Origin: Escherichia phage BF17 | Reading direction: 5' to 3' (one strand) | Sequence record: MW822008.1 | DNA length: 64,000 nucleotides | In this document: one piece after another, positions 9,677 to 18,795 of the stretch | How the letters are laid out: each line of letters begins with the position of its first letter | Position numbering within the stretch: the stretch's first letter is position 1 | Position numbers and translations under genes: made by a program | The notes under the pieces: generated by a model | What the model saw: the letters and a program-made list of their open reading frames with translations, nothing else | Databases searched by the model: none | What the model was told of the DNA's origin: nothing

Positions 9677-9936
9677 TGCGTCAAATGCACAAAGTAACCG
9701 AGCTAAACAAGCGTCTGATTAAACAATCAATGTTTGAGGATAAAGAGTCTTACTATAACTTCAAACGTGCTGTAGAGGCTGCTATCCACATTCAGAAGCT
9801 TAAAGATAGTGGATGTATTATTCTCGAAAATGGTTCTGACGTTGTTACTGATGACTTCAGTGTAGCGTTTGATGTTTCACCTGATGGTTCGCTATCAATG
9901 CCACGCTTAGGGACTGGTGACATGACTGTGTGGTAG
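9676..9936 (+). CDS. hypothetical protein
   Basis: 86-aa ORF, start overlaps upstream stop. Confidence 0.5.
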   Translation: MRQMHKVTELNKRLIKQSMFEDKESYYNFKRAVEAAIHIQKLKDSGCIILENGSDVVTDDFSVAFDVSPDGSLSMPRLGTGDMTVW

Positions 9937-10131
9937 GTTTCACTATGGGGAATGTACCAGGCACGGTGTATGTAGATGATGCTGAGTTGAAAGAAAGCTT
10001 CAAAAACTTATCGCATCTTGAACCACAATACGCACATGAAATGAATTTATTTTGAGTTGACAAACTCATTCAGTACTGTATAATGTTTATCAAGGGGATG
10101 AACTTCTCATCCCCACAATCGAGGAATTGTC

Positions 10132-10686
10132 ATGATTACTTTTAAGAAAACTGCTAACCACATCCATGAGATCTACATTAACGGTCACAAAGCTGGCCTT
10201 CTTCGTTTACTCGCCCATCATCCGAATATTACCGTATCTGATAATGAACCTAAAGATTGGCGTGTATTTTTCTTTGGAAAGTACAGTGATTTTCAAGTAT
10301 CAAACCTGAAGAACATTCGTTCAGTATGCACGTTAACTGAAATTAAAGAAAAGTTAACCAAAGCATTGAAAACTAATCCAGATAGTGTTCTTCCACCTGA
10401 TAACTTTGTAGAGAAAGGATATGCCTTAGCTCATTTCAAAGATGGTACTATTCAATCTATCAGTACTGAATATGAATATCAATGGACTGAGTACTTCACT
10501 TATGGATCGCGTAATACATTGATGGCTTCACGTAGTAAATTGGAAGAAGTACTGACTCGTATGAATGAACGCGAGCGTCAATTTTATGACAAACCAGAAA
10601 TGTGGAGTTCAACTTACATTGACCGTATTGACTATGTTATTATGACTCCAATCTTTGACACTGCTTACTATGATTCTTTGAAATAA
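10132..10686 (+). CDS. hypothetical protein
   Basis: 184-aa ORF; GAGG upstream; preceded by TTGACA...TATAAT. Confidence 0.65.
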   Translation: MITFKKTANHIHEIYINGHKAGLLRLLAHHPNITVSDNEPKDWRVFFFGKYSDFQVSNLKNIRSVCTLTEIKEKLTKALKTNPDSVLPPDNFVEKGYALAHFKDGTIQSISTEYEYQWTEYFTYGSRNTLMASRSKLEEVLTRMNERERQFYDKPEMWSSTYIDRIDYVIMTPIFDTAYYDSLK

Positions 10687-10697
10687 GGATAACTTAT

Positions 10698-10874
10698 ATG
10701 AAACTACGTACTCGTAATCGACTGATGGATGCACTGTACCATGAACAGCTTTCACTGAATGAAGTGAAGCGTCAGTTAATGTACACATATCTGTTACCCG
10801 CTCGCATTGCAAAACAACGTGCTAAAGAATTGCTGAAAGAAGCAATCGAGTACTGGGAATCTGATTCGTACTAA
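10698..10874 (+). CDS. small hypothetical protein
   Basis: 58-aa ORF not in track; AGGA upstream. Confidence 0.4.
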   Translation: MKLRTRNRLMDALYHEQLSLNEVKRQLMYTYLLPARIAKQRAKELLKEAIEYWESDSY

Positions 10875-10902
10875 TTGTCACGTTAATTAAGTGAGGCGAT
10901 AA

Positions 10903-11154
10903 ATGAAAATTTTATTAGTTCTAATACTACTAATTGTTTTACCATTTACGTTAGTATCTCCTGAACTTGCATGGAATGTGTTTGTGTACTTACTATGTAC
11001 TATTGTAGTAAATGGTATCTTGTTCTTAGTTCTATTCATAAATGGAATAGGACACGGTGGAGGATGGACCAGTACTGCTGATATTGTACATAAAACCACT
11101 ATGTCTTTATTTGTAGTGTGGAATTTATTCTGGACTTGGTTTGTGTTCTTCTAA
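10903..11154 (+). CDS. small membrane protein
   Basis: 83 aa, hydrophobic throughout; GAGG upstream. Confidence 0.55.
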   Translation: MKILLVLILLIVLPFTLVSPELAWNVFVYLLCTIVVNGILFLVLFINGIGHGGGWTSTADIVHKTTMSLFVVWNLFWTWFVFF

Positions 11155-11164
11155 TTAAAAAAAT

Positions 11165-11536
11165 ATGAATATAGATTTGAAAGGTGCAACACGAACTGTC
11201 ATACTCATTGGGGAATATGCTATCAAGATTCCAACCTTTAAAAGTTGGAAGCTATTCTTAACAGGGATGATAGCTAACCTCAATGAACGTTCGTGGATGC
11301 AGTACTCCAAGCGTAGTAATAGTGGTATCTGCCCTACGTTGTGGTCATCATGTACTGGACTAGTAACTGTACAGAAACGTTGTAAGCCAGTGCAACATAG
11401 GGGTTTATTTTGGCTGGAGTTGTGTGCTTTAGCATTGAATTCAGAGTTAAGTGCTGACTTCTTTTATTCAGATGCGAAGCCAGAAAACTTTGGGTATCTG
11501 TGTGGTAAGTTGGTTAAACTTGATTATGGAGATTAA
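11165..11536 (+). CDS. hypothetical protein
   Basis: 123-aa ORF. Confidence 0.5.
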   Translation: MNIDLKGATRTVILIGEYAIKIPTFKSWKLFLTGMIANLNERSWMQYSKRSNSGICPTLWSSCTGLVTVQKRCKPVQHRGLFWLELCALALNSELSADFFYSDAKPENFGYLCGKLVKLDYGD

Positions 11537-11537
11537 T

Positions 11538-11810
11538 ATGTACGCACTGTATAATAAAGAAAAGAAACGATTTGCTAAGGTTGAAATTTCGATTGATACA
11601 TTTGACATGTTGGAGTACTGTATTGTAACGGACTTATATGCTAACTTGTATTACGTTCTTGATGACGTATCAGTACTGCAACGATTGCTTGAGAATTCCA
11701 AAAGTCAATGCCAGGGCATCCATGATGGTTCATCTTATGAAACACCTGAGTGTTCCTACGGCTATCTGGACGGGTATGAGATTGTGAAGTTGGGTATTGT
11801 TGGATGCTGA
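11538..11810 (+). CDS. hypothetical protein
   Basis: ORF 11451-11810 trimmed to ATG 11538 after GGAG. Confidence 0.5.
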   Translation: MYALYNKEKKRFAKVEISIDTFDMLEYCIVTDLYANLYYVLDDVSVLQRLLENSKSQCQGIHDGSSYETPECSYGYLDGYEIVKLGIVGC

Positions 11811-12084
11811 AACAATGACCAATGATGAATTCATGGAATTTATAAAAAATATACAAAGTTCAAAAACTGGAGAAGAAAAAGAAACATATAAATTTAAAAG
11901 TTCAATAATACTTATGAAAATGAAATTGATTTCTCATACTTTTAATGAGAAGTATGATTTTATCTTTGTGAACAGTGACTACAATGATTTAGTTTATAAT
12001 ATAAATGTTTTGTGGGAAGAAGAACTACAAAGCAAAATACATACAGTACGAAAACCATTAAAAAATCCTTTCAAAACGGGTTGA
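11797..12084 (+). CDS. hypothetical protein
   Basis: 95-aa ORF; ends in terminator hairpin. Confidence 0.5.
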   Translation: MLDAETMTNDEFMEFIKNIQSSKTGEEKETYKFKSSIILMKMKLISHTFNEKYDFIFVNSDYNDLVYNINVLWEEELQSKIHTVRKPLKNPFKTG

Positions 12085-12110
12085 CTTCGGTCAGCCCTTT
12101 TTGCTATAAT
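12078..12110 (+). terminator. hairpin terminator with embedded -35 and TATAAT
   Basis: GGGTTGACTTCGGTCAGCCC TTTTTGC TATAAT. Confidence 0.6.
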
Positions 12111-12138
12111 CATTTCATCAAGACGAGAGGATGAATAC

Positions 12139-12654
12139 ATGACACGCATTAACTTAGTACACGTTAAAGAACTTGCTGACCAACATCTGATGGCTGAATA
12201 TCGTGAACTCCCACGTGTGTTTGGTGCTGTACAAAAACATGTTCAAGCACGTAAGCGAGTCCGTGATTTCAAAATTAACAGTACTTACCTGTTAGGTTCA
12301 GGTCATGTAACATTCTTCTACAACAAGTTATTGTACTTACAGAAGCGTCATATTGATATTGTTAACGAATGTTTGCGTCGTGGTATGAAGATTCAAAACA
12401 CTGAAGTAAACGACATTAGCGGATTCCCTGCTGAGTTTTGTAATGACTACGTACCATCGGAGTCAGAGATTAAAATGTCTCGTGAGCGTTTGATTGAGAA
12501 GATACAGATGAAGCCTATGTGGTATAAATTTACTGACGTTGAACGCCCACAGTACGTTAAAGATATGCAGGACGTAAGTGGTGATATAGAATCTAGTACT
12601 GATATGTTCGACGAAATTGAAGAACAAATCAAAGATGAAATGAATAATTATTAA
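12139..12654 (+). CDS. denV: pyrimidine-dimer DNA glycosylase / AP lyase (T4 endonuclease V family)
   Basis: MTRINL...[19 protein letters not shown]...VRDFKI...GHVTFFY closely matches T4 endonuclease V as I recall it; ~35-aa acidic C-terminal extension. Confidence 0.88.
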   Translation: MTRINLVHVKELADQHLMAEYRELPRVFGAVQKHVQARKRVRDFKINSTYLLGSGHVTFFYNKLLYLQKRHIDIVNECLRRGMKIQNTEVNDISGFPAEFCNDYVPSESEIKMSRERLIEKIQMKPMWYKFTDVERPQYVKDMQDVSGDIESSTDMFDEIEEQIKDEMNNY

Positions 12655-12660
12655 AGGAAA

Positions 12661-12693
12661 GGGTTGACTTCGGTCAGCCCTTTTTGCTATAAT
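12661..12693 (+). terminator. hairpin terminator with embedded -35 and TATAAT
   Basis: same unit as 12078. Confidence 0.6.
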
Positions 12694-12719
12694 CATTTTA
12701 TCAACTTAAGAGGTAACAC

Positions 12720-12962
12720 ATGAAACTATCTTTTATACGATTAGCAGAATTCTTCGGTACTGATATCATTACTTTACAACAAATTGCAGACAATACTTCA
12801 TTAAGTACACAAGAAGTACTTGACTTAGATGTAATTCAGTGCGATAATACGTCCATCGATTACAAAGAAGGTCTTGTCGAAAAAGATAAGATTCAGGCTA
12901 AGATTAATGGTGCTGGACGGGTTCAGTACTGGAAAGGAGTTTTAAGTAATGTTAATTTATGA
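12720..12962 (+). CDS. hypothetical protein
   Basis: 80-aa ORF, AGAGG upstream. Confidence 0.5.
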   Translation: MKLSFIRLAEFFGTDIITLQQIADNTSLSTQEVLDLDVIQCDNTSIDYKEGLVEKDKIQAKINGAGRVQYWKGVLSNVNL

Positions 12963-14364
12963 CGAGCTTGGTGTTGGATACCATTTTACCGATGTTGTGC
13001 AATTGGAGGGTGAATATGTACGCGACGCACGAGAAGACACACCACTTGATAAAATAAAAACACTTAATTCACTAATAATAAAAAATATAATACACATTGA
13101 ATTATTACAAGGATTTGTCGTTGATGGCATAGATGAGTATAATAAAAAAAGATATTCTAAAAAATTTCGACAACCAAAATGTAATTTGAAAATAGCATTT
13201 TGGTATGATGGTTTATTGTTCATTCAAGGTTATAAACAATTTCTTTCCAACTTAAGTTCAGGAAACTATTGTCCGGGTGAAAAAATATATAATTTAGAAA
13301 AAACCATTTTATCTGCAAAAAATAAACTATCCGGTGGGTGTAGTATAATAACTGGGAATGGTGAGTGGCTGGGGAGAACAAATACTAAACTTTATGCACT
13401 CTGCACGAAAACCAATAAACCTTGGGAATTCACCATCGGTACACAATATTCTCAGAATTGTCCTGACTGTAAAAAAAGCAAAAAAACTAATAAAGACTTA
13501 GATGTGTTTTTTGAACAACAATGTATAAAATTAAATGCAAAATTTATTGGTATTTTCATGTATAATGGTGTAGATAATAGTATTGTCAAATCGGTATGTA
13601 ATTGTTGTGGTAATGAACGTATGGATTATGGAATAACGTTTCGTGCGGGCAGTAGAAAAAGTTTATGCCCACTTGAATCAAGCAGAGTAGAAAAAATAAA
13701 AAAATCCCAATACTTACAAAATGAAGTTTTGGAAGAAAAAATAAAAACTGCAATGAAAATCCATAATATAAGATTTGATGATTCTAACAAATTTGAACCT
13801 GAGAAATACGCAAATGTCAAAACTACTATTATAAATTATATTGATTCGAGTGGAACCCCTGGTAGTACATGTCTTTCAAATTTGATTTATAATACAGACA
13901 AACGAAGTATTGGTTCAAAAAACATGACTAATGGTGGTGAGTTGTATACAAATTCATTTGGAAATATGTACAAACTAGGTCACACGACAAAAACAAGTCG
14001 TAGGATATACGAACAAAATTTATCCTTCTCCAAAAAAAATATATTATGGAAAAATGAACTAATTTTAAAGTTTCCTGGTGAAAATGGGTATGGTCGAGCG
14101 ATTTATTTTGAAAAAACAATTTTAGATTATGTAAATAATATAATTGATTGGGTGAAAAACGTTCAAAAAACACCAATATTCGCCCGTGGTTGTGTTGACG
14201 AAGGTGATGGACATACTGAAACATTTTTAAAGATATATGAATCATATTTTAGATATAAATTGAATGAATTGTACTTGACATATAAAGATGAATGGGATAT
14301 AATTATTTTCAAAGATGAAAAGAATTTTATTTCTAATACAAGAGATACTAAAAATGACCAATGA
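12949..14364 (+). CDS. Cys-rich hypothetical protein in AT-rich insert
   Basis: 471 aa; Lys/Asn/Ile-rich; CPDCKK and CNCCGNE motifs. Confidence 0.6.
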   Translation: MLIYDELGVGYHFTDVVQLEGEYVRDAREDTPLDKIKTLNSLIIKNIIHIELLQGFVVDGIDEYNKKRYSKKFRQPKCNLKIAFWYDGLLFIQGYKQFLSNLSSGNYCPGEKIYNLEKTILSAKNKLSGGCSIITGNGEWLGRTNTKLYALCTKTNKPWEFTIGTQYSQNCPDCKKSKKTNKDLDVFFEQQCIKLNAKFIGIFMYNGVDNSIVKSVCNCCGNERMDYGITFRAGSRKSLCPLESSRVEKIKKSQYLQNEVLEEKIKTAMKIHNIRFDDSNKFEPEKYANVKTTIINYIDSSGTPGSTCLSNLIYNTDKRSIGSKNMTNGGELYTNSFGNMYKLGHTTKTSRRIYEQNLSFSKKNILWKNELILKFPGENGYGRAIYFEKTILDYVNNIIDWVKNVQKTPIFARGCVDEGDGHTETFLKIYESYFRYKLNELYLTYKDEWDIIIFKDEKNFISNTRDTKNDQ

Positions 14365-15412
14365 ACAAATTATTGATATTTTAAACAAACTTGGATATGA
14401 TGAAATAACAATTAATGTGGATAAATGTACATATGATGTATTTCATCCTAAAAGAAAAATAATTTATACTGGTATGGATTTAAATAAGATCAACTTTAAT
14501 ACAAAAGCAATAAAATTTCCACCGTTGGATTATAACACAATAAAATTAAGTTGTGAGAATATTTTCAAAGATAGTGAATGTAAATTTTGTTATTTGGAAT
14601 ATAATGAAAACAAACCAAATGACACAAAAGTTTTTTATTGTGCACCTAAAAGAAAAAAACCAACCAGTATATATTATAGACATTTGGTGAGTGGTGGTAT
14701 TCGTATTAATGTTGAATGGGATATTGAAGACATCTATGATAATGTCTTGATTAAAATAAAAGATATGGATGGTTTTGATATTGATCATGTTGAATATAAT
14801 GAAAAAGAAACTTCAAAAACTATAATTCATTTTAAACACCCAAATAGATTATTAACAGTTAAAAATGAATTTAGATATATAATGAGAGATAATTGGTCAT
14901 TAAAAGAACCGCAGATTTCATTAGACGAAATAAATGAGATTGGTAAGAAATTTTCAAAAGAACATCCAAAATATAAGTATCTTGGATGTAAAAGATTCAA
15001 AGGTTCAAAATCGATATTATCGTTTGTTAAAATCGATAATGGAAAAATTTGGAATCCATCATATGAATCAATAGTTTATAGTAATATTAACAGTGATGTT
15101 GGTGGATATATTGCAAATGATATAAAAAATTTATATATATTTAAAACTGATTCATTTGTTGGAACATTTATATGCAATGAAACAAAATTTAACTTTCATA
15201 AAAATGAAAGGGAGTTTTGGTTGGATGATGGGGAGATTGAGATAATTGGACAATTCAATGAACGATATTCTTTTTTAAAAGGTATTGTAGATACAGTTAA
15301 TAGTGAAATAGAAATAGATCATGATTTAGATATTGTTGGATATACGTGTATTAGGAAAATACATAATATTGAATATATACAACAACGTTGTTATGATTTA
15401 TTCAATTTATAA
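14354..15412 (+). CDS. hypothetical protein in AT-rich insert
   Basis: ORF 14315-15412 trimmed to ATG 14354; ~353 aa. Confidence 0.6.
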   Translation: MTNEQIIDILNKLGYDEITINVDKCTYDVFHPKRKIIYTGMDLNKINFNTKAIKFPPLDYNTIKLSCENIFKDSECKFCYLEYNENKPNDTKVFYCAPKRKKPTSIYYRHLVSGGIRINVEWDIEDIYDNVLIKIKDMDGFDIDHVEYNEKETSKTIIHFKHPNRLLTVKNEFRYIMRDNWSLKEPQISLDEINEIGKKFSKEHPKYKYLGCKRFKGSKSILSFVKIDNGKIWNPSYESIVYSNINSDVGGYIANDIKNLYIFKTDSFVGTFICNETKFNFHKNEREFWLDDGEIEIIGQFNERYSFLKGIVDTVNSEIEIDHDLDIVGYTCIRKIHNIEYIQQRCYDLFNL

Positions 15413-15420
15413 CAAAAAAA

Positions 15421-15453
15421 GGGTTGACTTCGGTCAGCCCTTTTTGCTATAAT
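15421..15453 (+). terminator. hairpin terminator with embedded -35 and TATAAT
   Basis: same unit as 12078. Confidence 0.6.
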
Positions 15454-15481
15454 TATTTCATCAACTGATGAGGATAACGAA

Positions 15482-16252
15482 ATGACCAGAGAAGCACGTA
15501 GCATTCAAATTCAGAAAAACTTCAACTCCATGATGGTTGCTCTTGAGTGTTTGCTCGACGATAACAGTACTGTAAAAAGTATGGTTGTCAGCGGTGCACC
15601 TGGTGTTGGTAAGACTTACACCCTGTCACAACGCCTCCAGAAAGCTCATGACGCAGCAGAATGGAACGTAGCCACTATCAGTGGTAAAATGACTACTCTT
15701 GCTCTGTACGAAGTTCTGTACAAGAATCGTCATAGCACCAACGTATTAGTACTGGATGATATGGACAGCATCTTTGATTCAGAAGACGGTATGAACCTGC
15801 TCAAAGCAGTACTGGACAGCGGTAAACGTACTGTGTCTTACATGACTAGCTCTAAGTACTTAACTACCAACGGTATCCCTAACAGCTTTGATTTTAACGG
15901 TCGTATCGTATTCATTACTAACAAAGATTTAGCACTGAATGCTAAAGCTAAAACCAAAATGTCTGCTCACTATGCTGCTCTTATGTCTCGCTCTGTGTAT
16001 GTTGACTTACAGATCCAGACTAAAAGCGATATCATGATTCACATTGAAAACGTAATGAACAAGACCAATATCCTGTCAACTAAAGGTGTTAATAGTAATG
16101 GTAGCAAAGCAATCCTGAATTGGATGCTGAAACATGAAGATGCACTTCGTGCTCCTTCACTGCGTATGCCTCTGTTGATTTCAGCAGTATACAACAACAA
16201 CCCGTATGATTGGGAAGAGCAGTGCGAAAACTTGTTCCTTGAGAAAATTTAA
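15482..16252 (+). CDS. P-loop NTPase
   Basis: Walker A GAPGVGKT and Walker B-like VLVLDDMD; GAGGA upstream. Confidence 0.7.
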   Translation: MTREARSIQIQKNFNSMMVALECLLDDNSTVKSMVVSGAPGVGKTYTLSQRLQKAHDAAEWNVATISGKMTTLALYEVLYKNRHSTNVLVLDDMDSIFDSEDGMNLLKAVLDSGKRTVSYMTSSKYLTTNGIPNSFDFNGRIVFITNKDLALNAKAKTKMSAHYAALMSRSVYVDLQIQTKSDIMIHIENVMNKTNILSTKGVNSNGSKAILNWMLKHEDALRAPSLRMPLLISAVYNNNPYDWEEQCENLFLEKI

Positions 16253-16267
16253 TTACATGTATTGACA

Positions 16268-16300
16268 GTACTACCATAGTGTAGTACTATAACTTAATAT
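16268..16300 (+). promoter_or_regulatory. sigma70-like promoter for the membrane-protein operon
   Basis: TTGACA, 17 nt, TACTAT upstream of 16320. Confidence 0.5.
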
Positions 16301-16319
16301 TCACCACCGGAGATACGAT

Positions 16320-16658
16320 ATGCTTGAGTTTTTTAATTCAGATACAATGCTTAGTATTACTTTGATTTATCTGTTTGGTTTTTTCTTTTATCATGCACTA
16401 GTTGTAGTACTATGGTATTTTAAAAAGAAAATCGTTTTCAAACTGTATCCTGATGGAAACATTTCACTACTTCTTTTCACTATTATCCAAGGTATGTTTG
16501 CAATTGTTGGTCTTATCGCACACTTAATTTATTGTGCTAATCCACAGTTGAACTCAATATCACAATATATTGTATTCCTTGGATTACTAATTTGGGTGCT
16601 GATATACTTGTTTAATCTCATCATCAATGGTAGAGCAAAAATTCGTGGGGACTTCTAA
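16320..16658 (+). CDS. small membrane protein, paralog family (cluster B)
   Basis: 112 aa, hydrophobic, basic C-terminal tail. Confidence 0.6.
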   Translation: MLEFFNSDTMLSITLIYLFGFFFYHALVVVLWYFKKKIVFKLYPDGNISLLLFTIIQGMFAIVGLIAHLIYCANPQLNSISQYIVFLGLLIWVLIYLFNLIINGRAKIRGDF

Positions 16659-17005
16659 TGTTTGAATCTTATCTTGAGTTTTTAAAGAGTAGTTCTGTTG
16701 CACATTCAATTGCAGGGATTATTCTAACAGGTTATGTAACATTTTGGGTGGTTATGTTTCTAGGATGGTATTTTAAACGACAATTCTATAAGCGTAATGG
16801 TGAAGATTTTATGAATTCTGTTATTAATCAATCGTTGTTTGCATCAACATTGATAGCATGTATTGTAGCAACACTCACAGGAAAGGTACTGCCAGCATTC
16901 TCCGCAGTTTACGGTACATTGGGTATGATATGTGTAGTTTTTTACTTGACCATTAAACTTTGTTGTGTTATGATTGACCTTCGAAACAAGATACCGGAGG
17001 AATGA
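16658..17005 (+). CDS. small membrane protein, paralog family (cluster B)
   Basis: 115 aa; tail LRNKIPEE; overlapping stop/start. Confidence 0.6.
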   Translation: MFESYLEFLKSSSVAHSIAGIILTGYVTFWVVMFLGWYFKRQFYKRNGEDFMNSVINQSLFASTLIACIVATLTGKVLPAFSAVYGTLGMICVVFYLTIKLCCVMIDLRNKIPEE

Positions 17006-17340
17006 TGGAATATTTTTTACACTTACTGCCGTGGTATATGAAAGTTAGTACTATGTACTATATTCTTAGTGCTGGATTCTACTTTCTGATGTGGTTCTTC
17101 AAACGACCAATTTCAGTATTCATCTCTGATAACATGCTGCAATTAAAATTACACGCATGGTTTTTTATGGCGATGTTTATGCCTATTATTCACTACTCAA
17201 TGATTAGTAGAGGGTTCCGTTCCAATGGTGAACCAATTATATTAGTATTCTATTGGGGTTCAACTATTGCATATGTAAGTTTGTTGTTGATCCCAGCCGT
17301 TCATAAATTACGTGCTAAAGTTCCTGATGCGAGGTACTAA
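17002..17340 (+). CDS. small membrane protein, paralog family (cluster B)
   Basis: 112 aa; tail LRAKVPDARY. Confidence 0.6.
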   Translation: MMEYFLHLLPWYMKVSTMYYILSAGFYFLMWFFKRPISVFISDNMLQLKLHAWFFMAMFMPIIHYSMISRGFRSNGEPIILVFYWGSTIAYVSLLLIPAVHKLRAKVPDARY

Positions 17341-17654
17341 TGGATATCGTAACATTGATTTACACGCTTTATTCATTCTATTTTATTATGTGTTGGGTTG
17401 GATTTTTATTTGTATTGAAGATGTTTGATTATGTTGAAAAACAGATAAAAGAATTTTGTATTCCTTTTATTGGGTCAACCATAATTAGTATTACTTGTTT
17501 GTATTATTTGGTATGTGATCCACCTGTTAATACAGCAATGATTGACTTCATGTTATTACCAACAACAGTTATTTTTTTATGTAGTCTGATGCCACCGATT
17601 AGTCGTGGGCTAACCGAATTTAGACGCAATCAAAAGCGTAAACGAGGGATGTGA
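17340..17654 (+). CDS. small membrane protein, paralog family (cluster B)
   Basis: 104 aa; basic tail. Confidence 0.6.
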   Translation: MDIVTLIYTLYSFYFIMCWVGFLFVLKMFDYVEKQIKEFCIPFIGSTIISITCLYYLVCDPPVNTAMIDFMLLPTTVIFLCSLMPPISRGLTEFRRNQKRKRGM

Positions 17655-18022
17655 TGGAAATTGCACTTATTATATTAACTGCTATGTTGTTTATTAGTAC
17701 AATTGTTATTATTGGCAAGTTCTTCTGTGTATCCTTCTTGGAAACCGTATACGATGAAATTGCTGATGATTATGAATTACATGCGGGATTTTTTACTACG
17801 TATTGGATTAGTTTATTACTACTTATCACTGTATGGATTTTACATATATTCAAATGGGGTATGGTAGATGGTGATCCAGTACTGGCAATTATCTGTGTAG
17901 TGTTTGGTCTACTCGGTGGTGCTGTCCATAATCTGATGGTAATTTGGCAAACCGTACAATATGTATTAGTTCCACATTTTCAGAGAATGCACCAAAGCAT
18001 CAAATACCGCAAACGAGGATAA
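17651..18022 (+). CDS. small membrane protein, paralog family (cluster B)
   Basis: 123 aa; basic tail. Confidence 0.6.
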   Translation: MMEIALIILTAMLFISTIVIIGKFFCVSFLETVYDEIADDYELHAGFFTTYWISLLLLITVWILHIFKWGMVDGDPVLAIICVVFGLLGGAVHNLMVIWQTVQYVLVPHFQRMHQSIKYRKRG

Positions 18023-18023
18023 C

Positions 18024-18386
18024 ATGAATAATATTGAATTATCTTTTATTGGTCAATTAATGGTAATGGCGTATACATTTATCTTCTCACTGAATGCATT
18101 CGTGTGCATTGGGAAGTACTTCCATAAGCGACCATTATCAAATATATATGATGTAATACAAAGGAGATATAGTCCAGCATATACTGTGTTGAGTACAGCA
18201 TTCAATTTTGGTTTTATTCTAATGCTGGTTGCATTATTAACATCGAGTTCGAATTTTATAACATTTGGTATTATGGTATGTTCACTAACACTGTGTGTGG
18301 TTATTCTCTGTGCATCAGTTGAGTTGATGGCGTGGATGTATAATAAGATTTCCGAAATCCATGAGCGTTTAGGTAAGAGGAACTAA
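18024..18386 (+). CDS. small membrane protein, paralog family (cluster B)
   Basis: 120 aa. Confidence 0.6.
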   Translation: MNNIELSFIGQLMVMAYTFIFSLNAFVCIGKYFHKRPLSNIYDVIQRRYSPAYTVLSTAFNFGFILMLVALLTSSSNFITFGIMVCSLTLCVVILCASVELMAWMYNKISEIHERLGKRN

Positions 18387-18387
18387 A

Positions 18388-18759
18388 ATGAGTTATCGTG
18401 AAATATTTTCGATCATTACTATTATTGTGTTTAGTTTAGGTTCTTTGATTTGGTTATTGTATTACTTCTGTGTAACCCCAGTATATAATATGCTAAATTC
18501 AGTTCGCTCTGATGTTGGTATTGTTTCTTTTATTATCTTCATGGCATATTATATGCTAAGTATCACAGGTTTGGTTTTGGTTGTTATCTTTGACCTTGGA
18601 CCGAATCAAGATGGTATGGAGATGTGGGAATTGATAACGATGTTTGCATGTATGATACCTGCATTTGGTGTATGTGCTGGTGTATTTTATGGGTTGTGTA
18701 AAGGTGTAAACTACTTAAAAAATATCCACAATACTATTCGTAAAAAACGTATGTTGTAA
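18388..18759 (+). CDS. small membrane protein, paralog family (cluster B)
   Basis: 123 aa; tail IRKKRML. Confidence 0.6.
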   Translation: MSYREIFSIITIIVFSLGSLIWLLYYFCVTPVYNMLNSVRSDVGIVSFIIFMAYYMLSITGLVLVVIFDLGPNQDGMEMWELITMFACMIPAFGVCAGVFYGLCKGVNYLKNIHNTIRKKRML

Positions 18760-18766
18760 TAAAAAA

Positions 18767-18789
18767 TCCAGTACTATAATAGTACTGGA
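18767..18789. terminator. bidirectional hairpin between convergent genes
   Basis: TCCAGTACTATAATAGTACTGGA between plus-strand stop 18759 and minus-strand stop 18796. Confidence 0.55.
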
Positions 18790-18795
18790 TTAATT

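Noticed and set aside
5822-14788. Minus-strand ORFs overlapping plus-strand genes in the first block (5822-6076, 5841-6071, 6167-6444, 7343-7582, 9857-10069, 10609-10812, 10887-11099, 11641-11856, 12447-12696, 12957-13223, 13626-13820, 13928-14245, 14546-14788)
   Set aside because: All are antisense to longer plus-strand ORFs in a block where every supported gene is plus-strand; no RBS or promoter context
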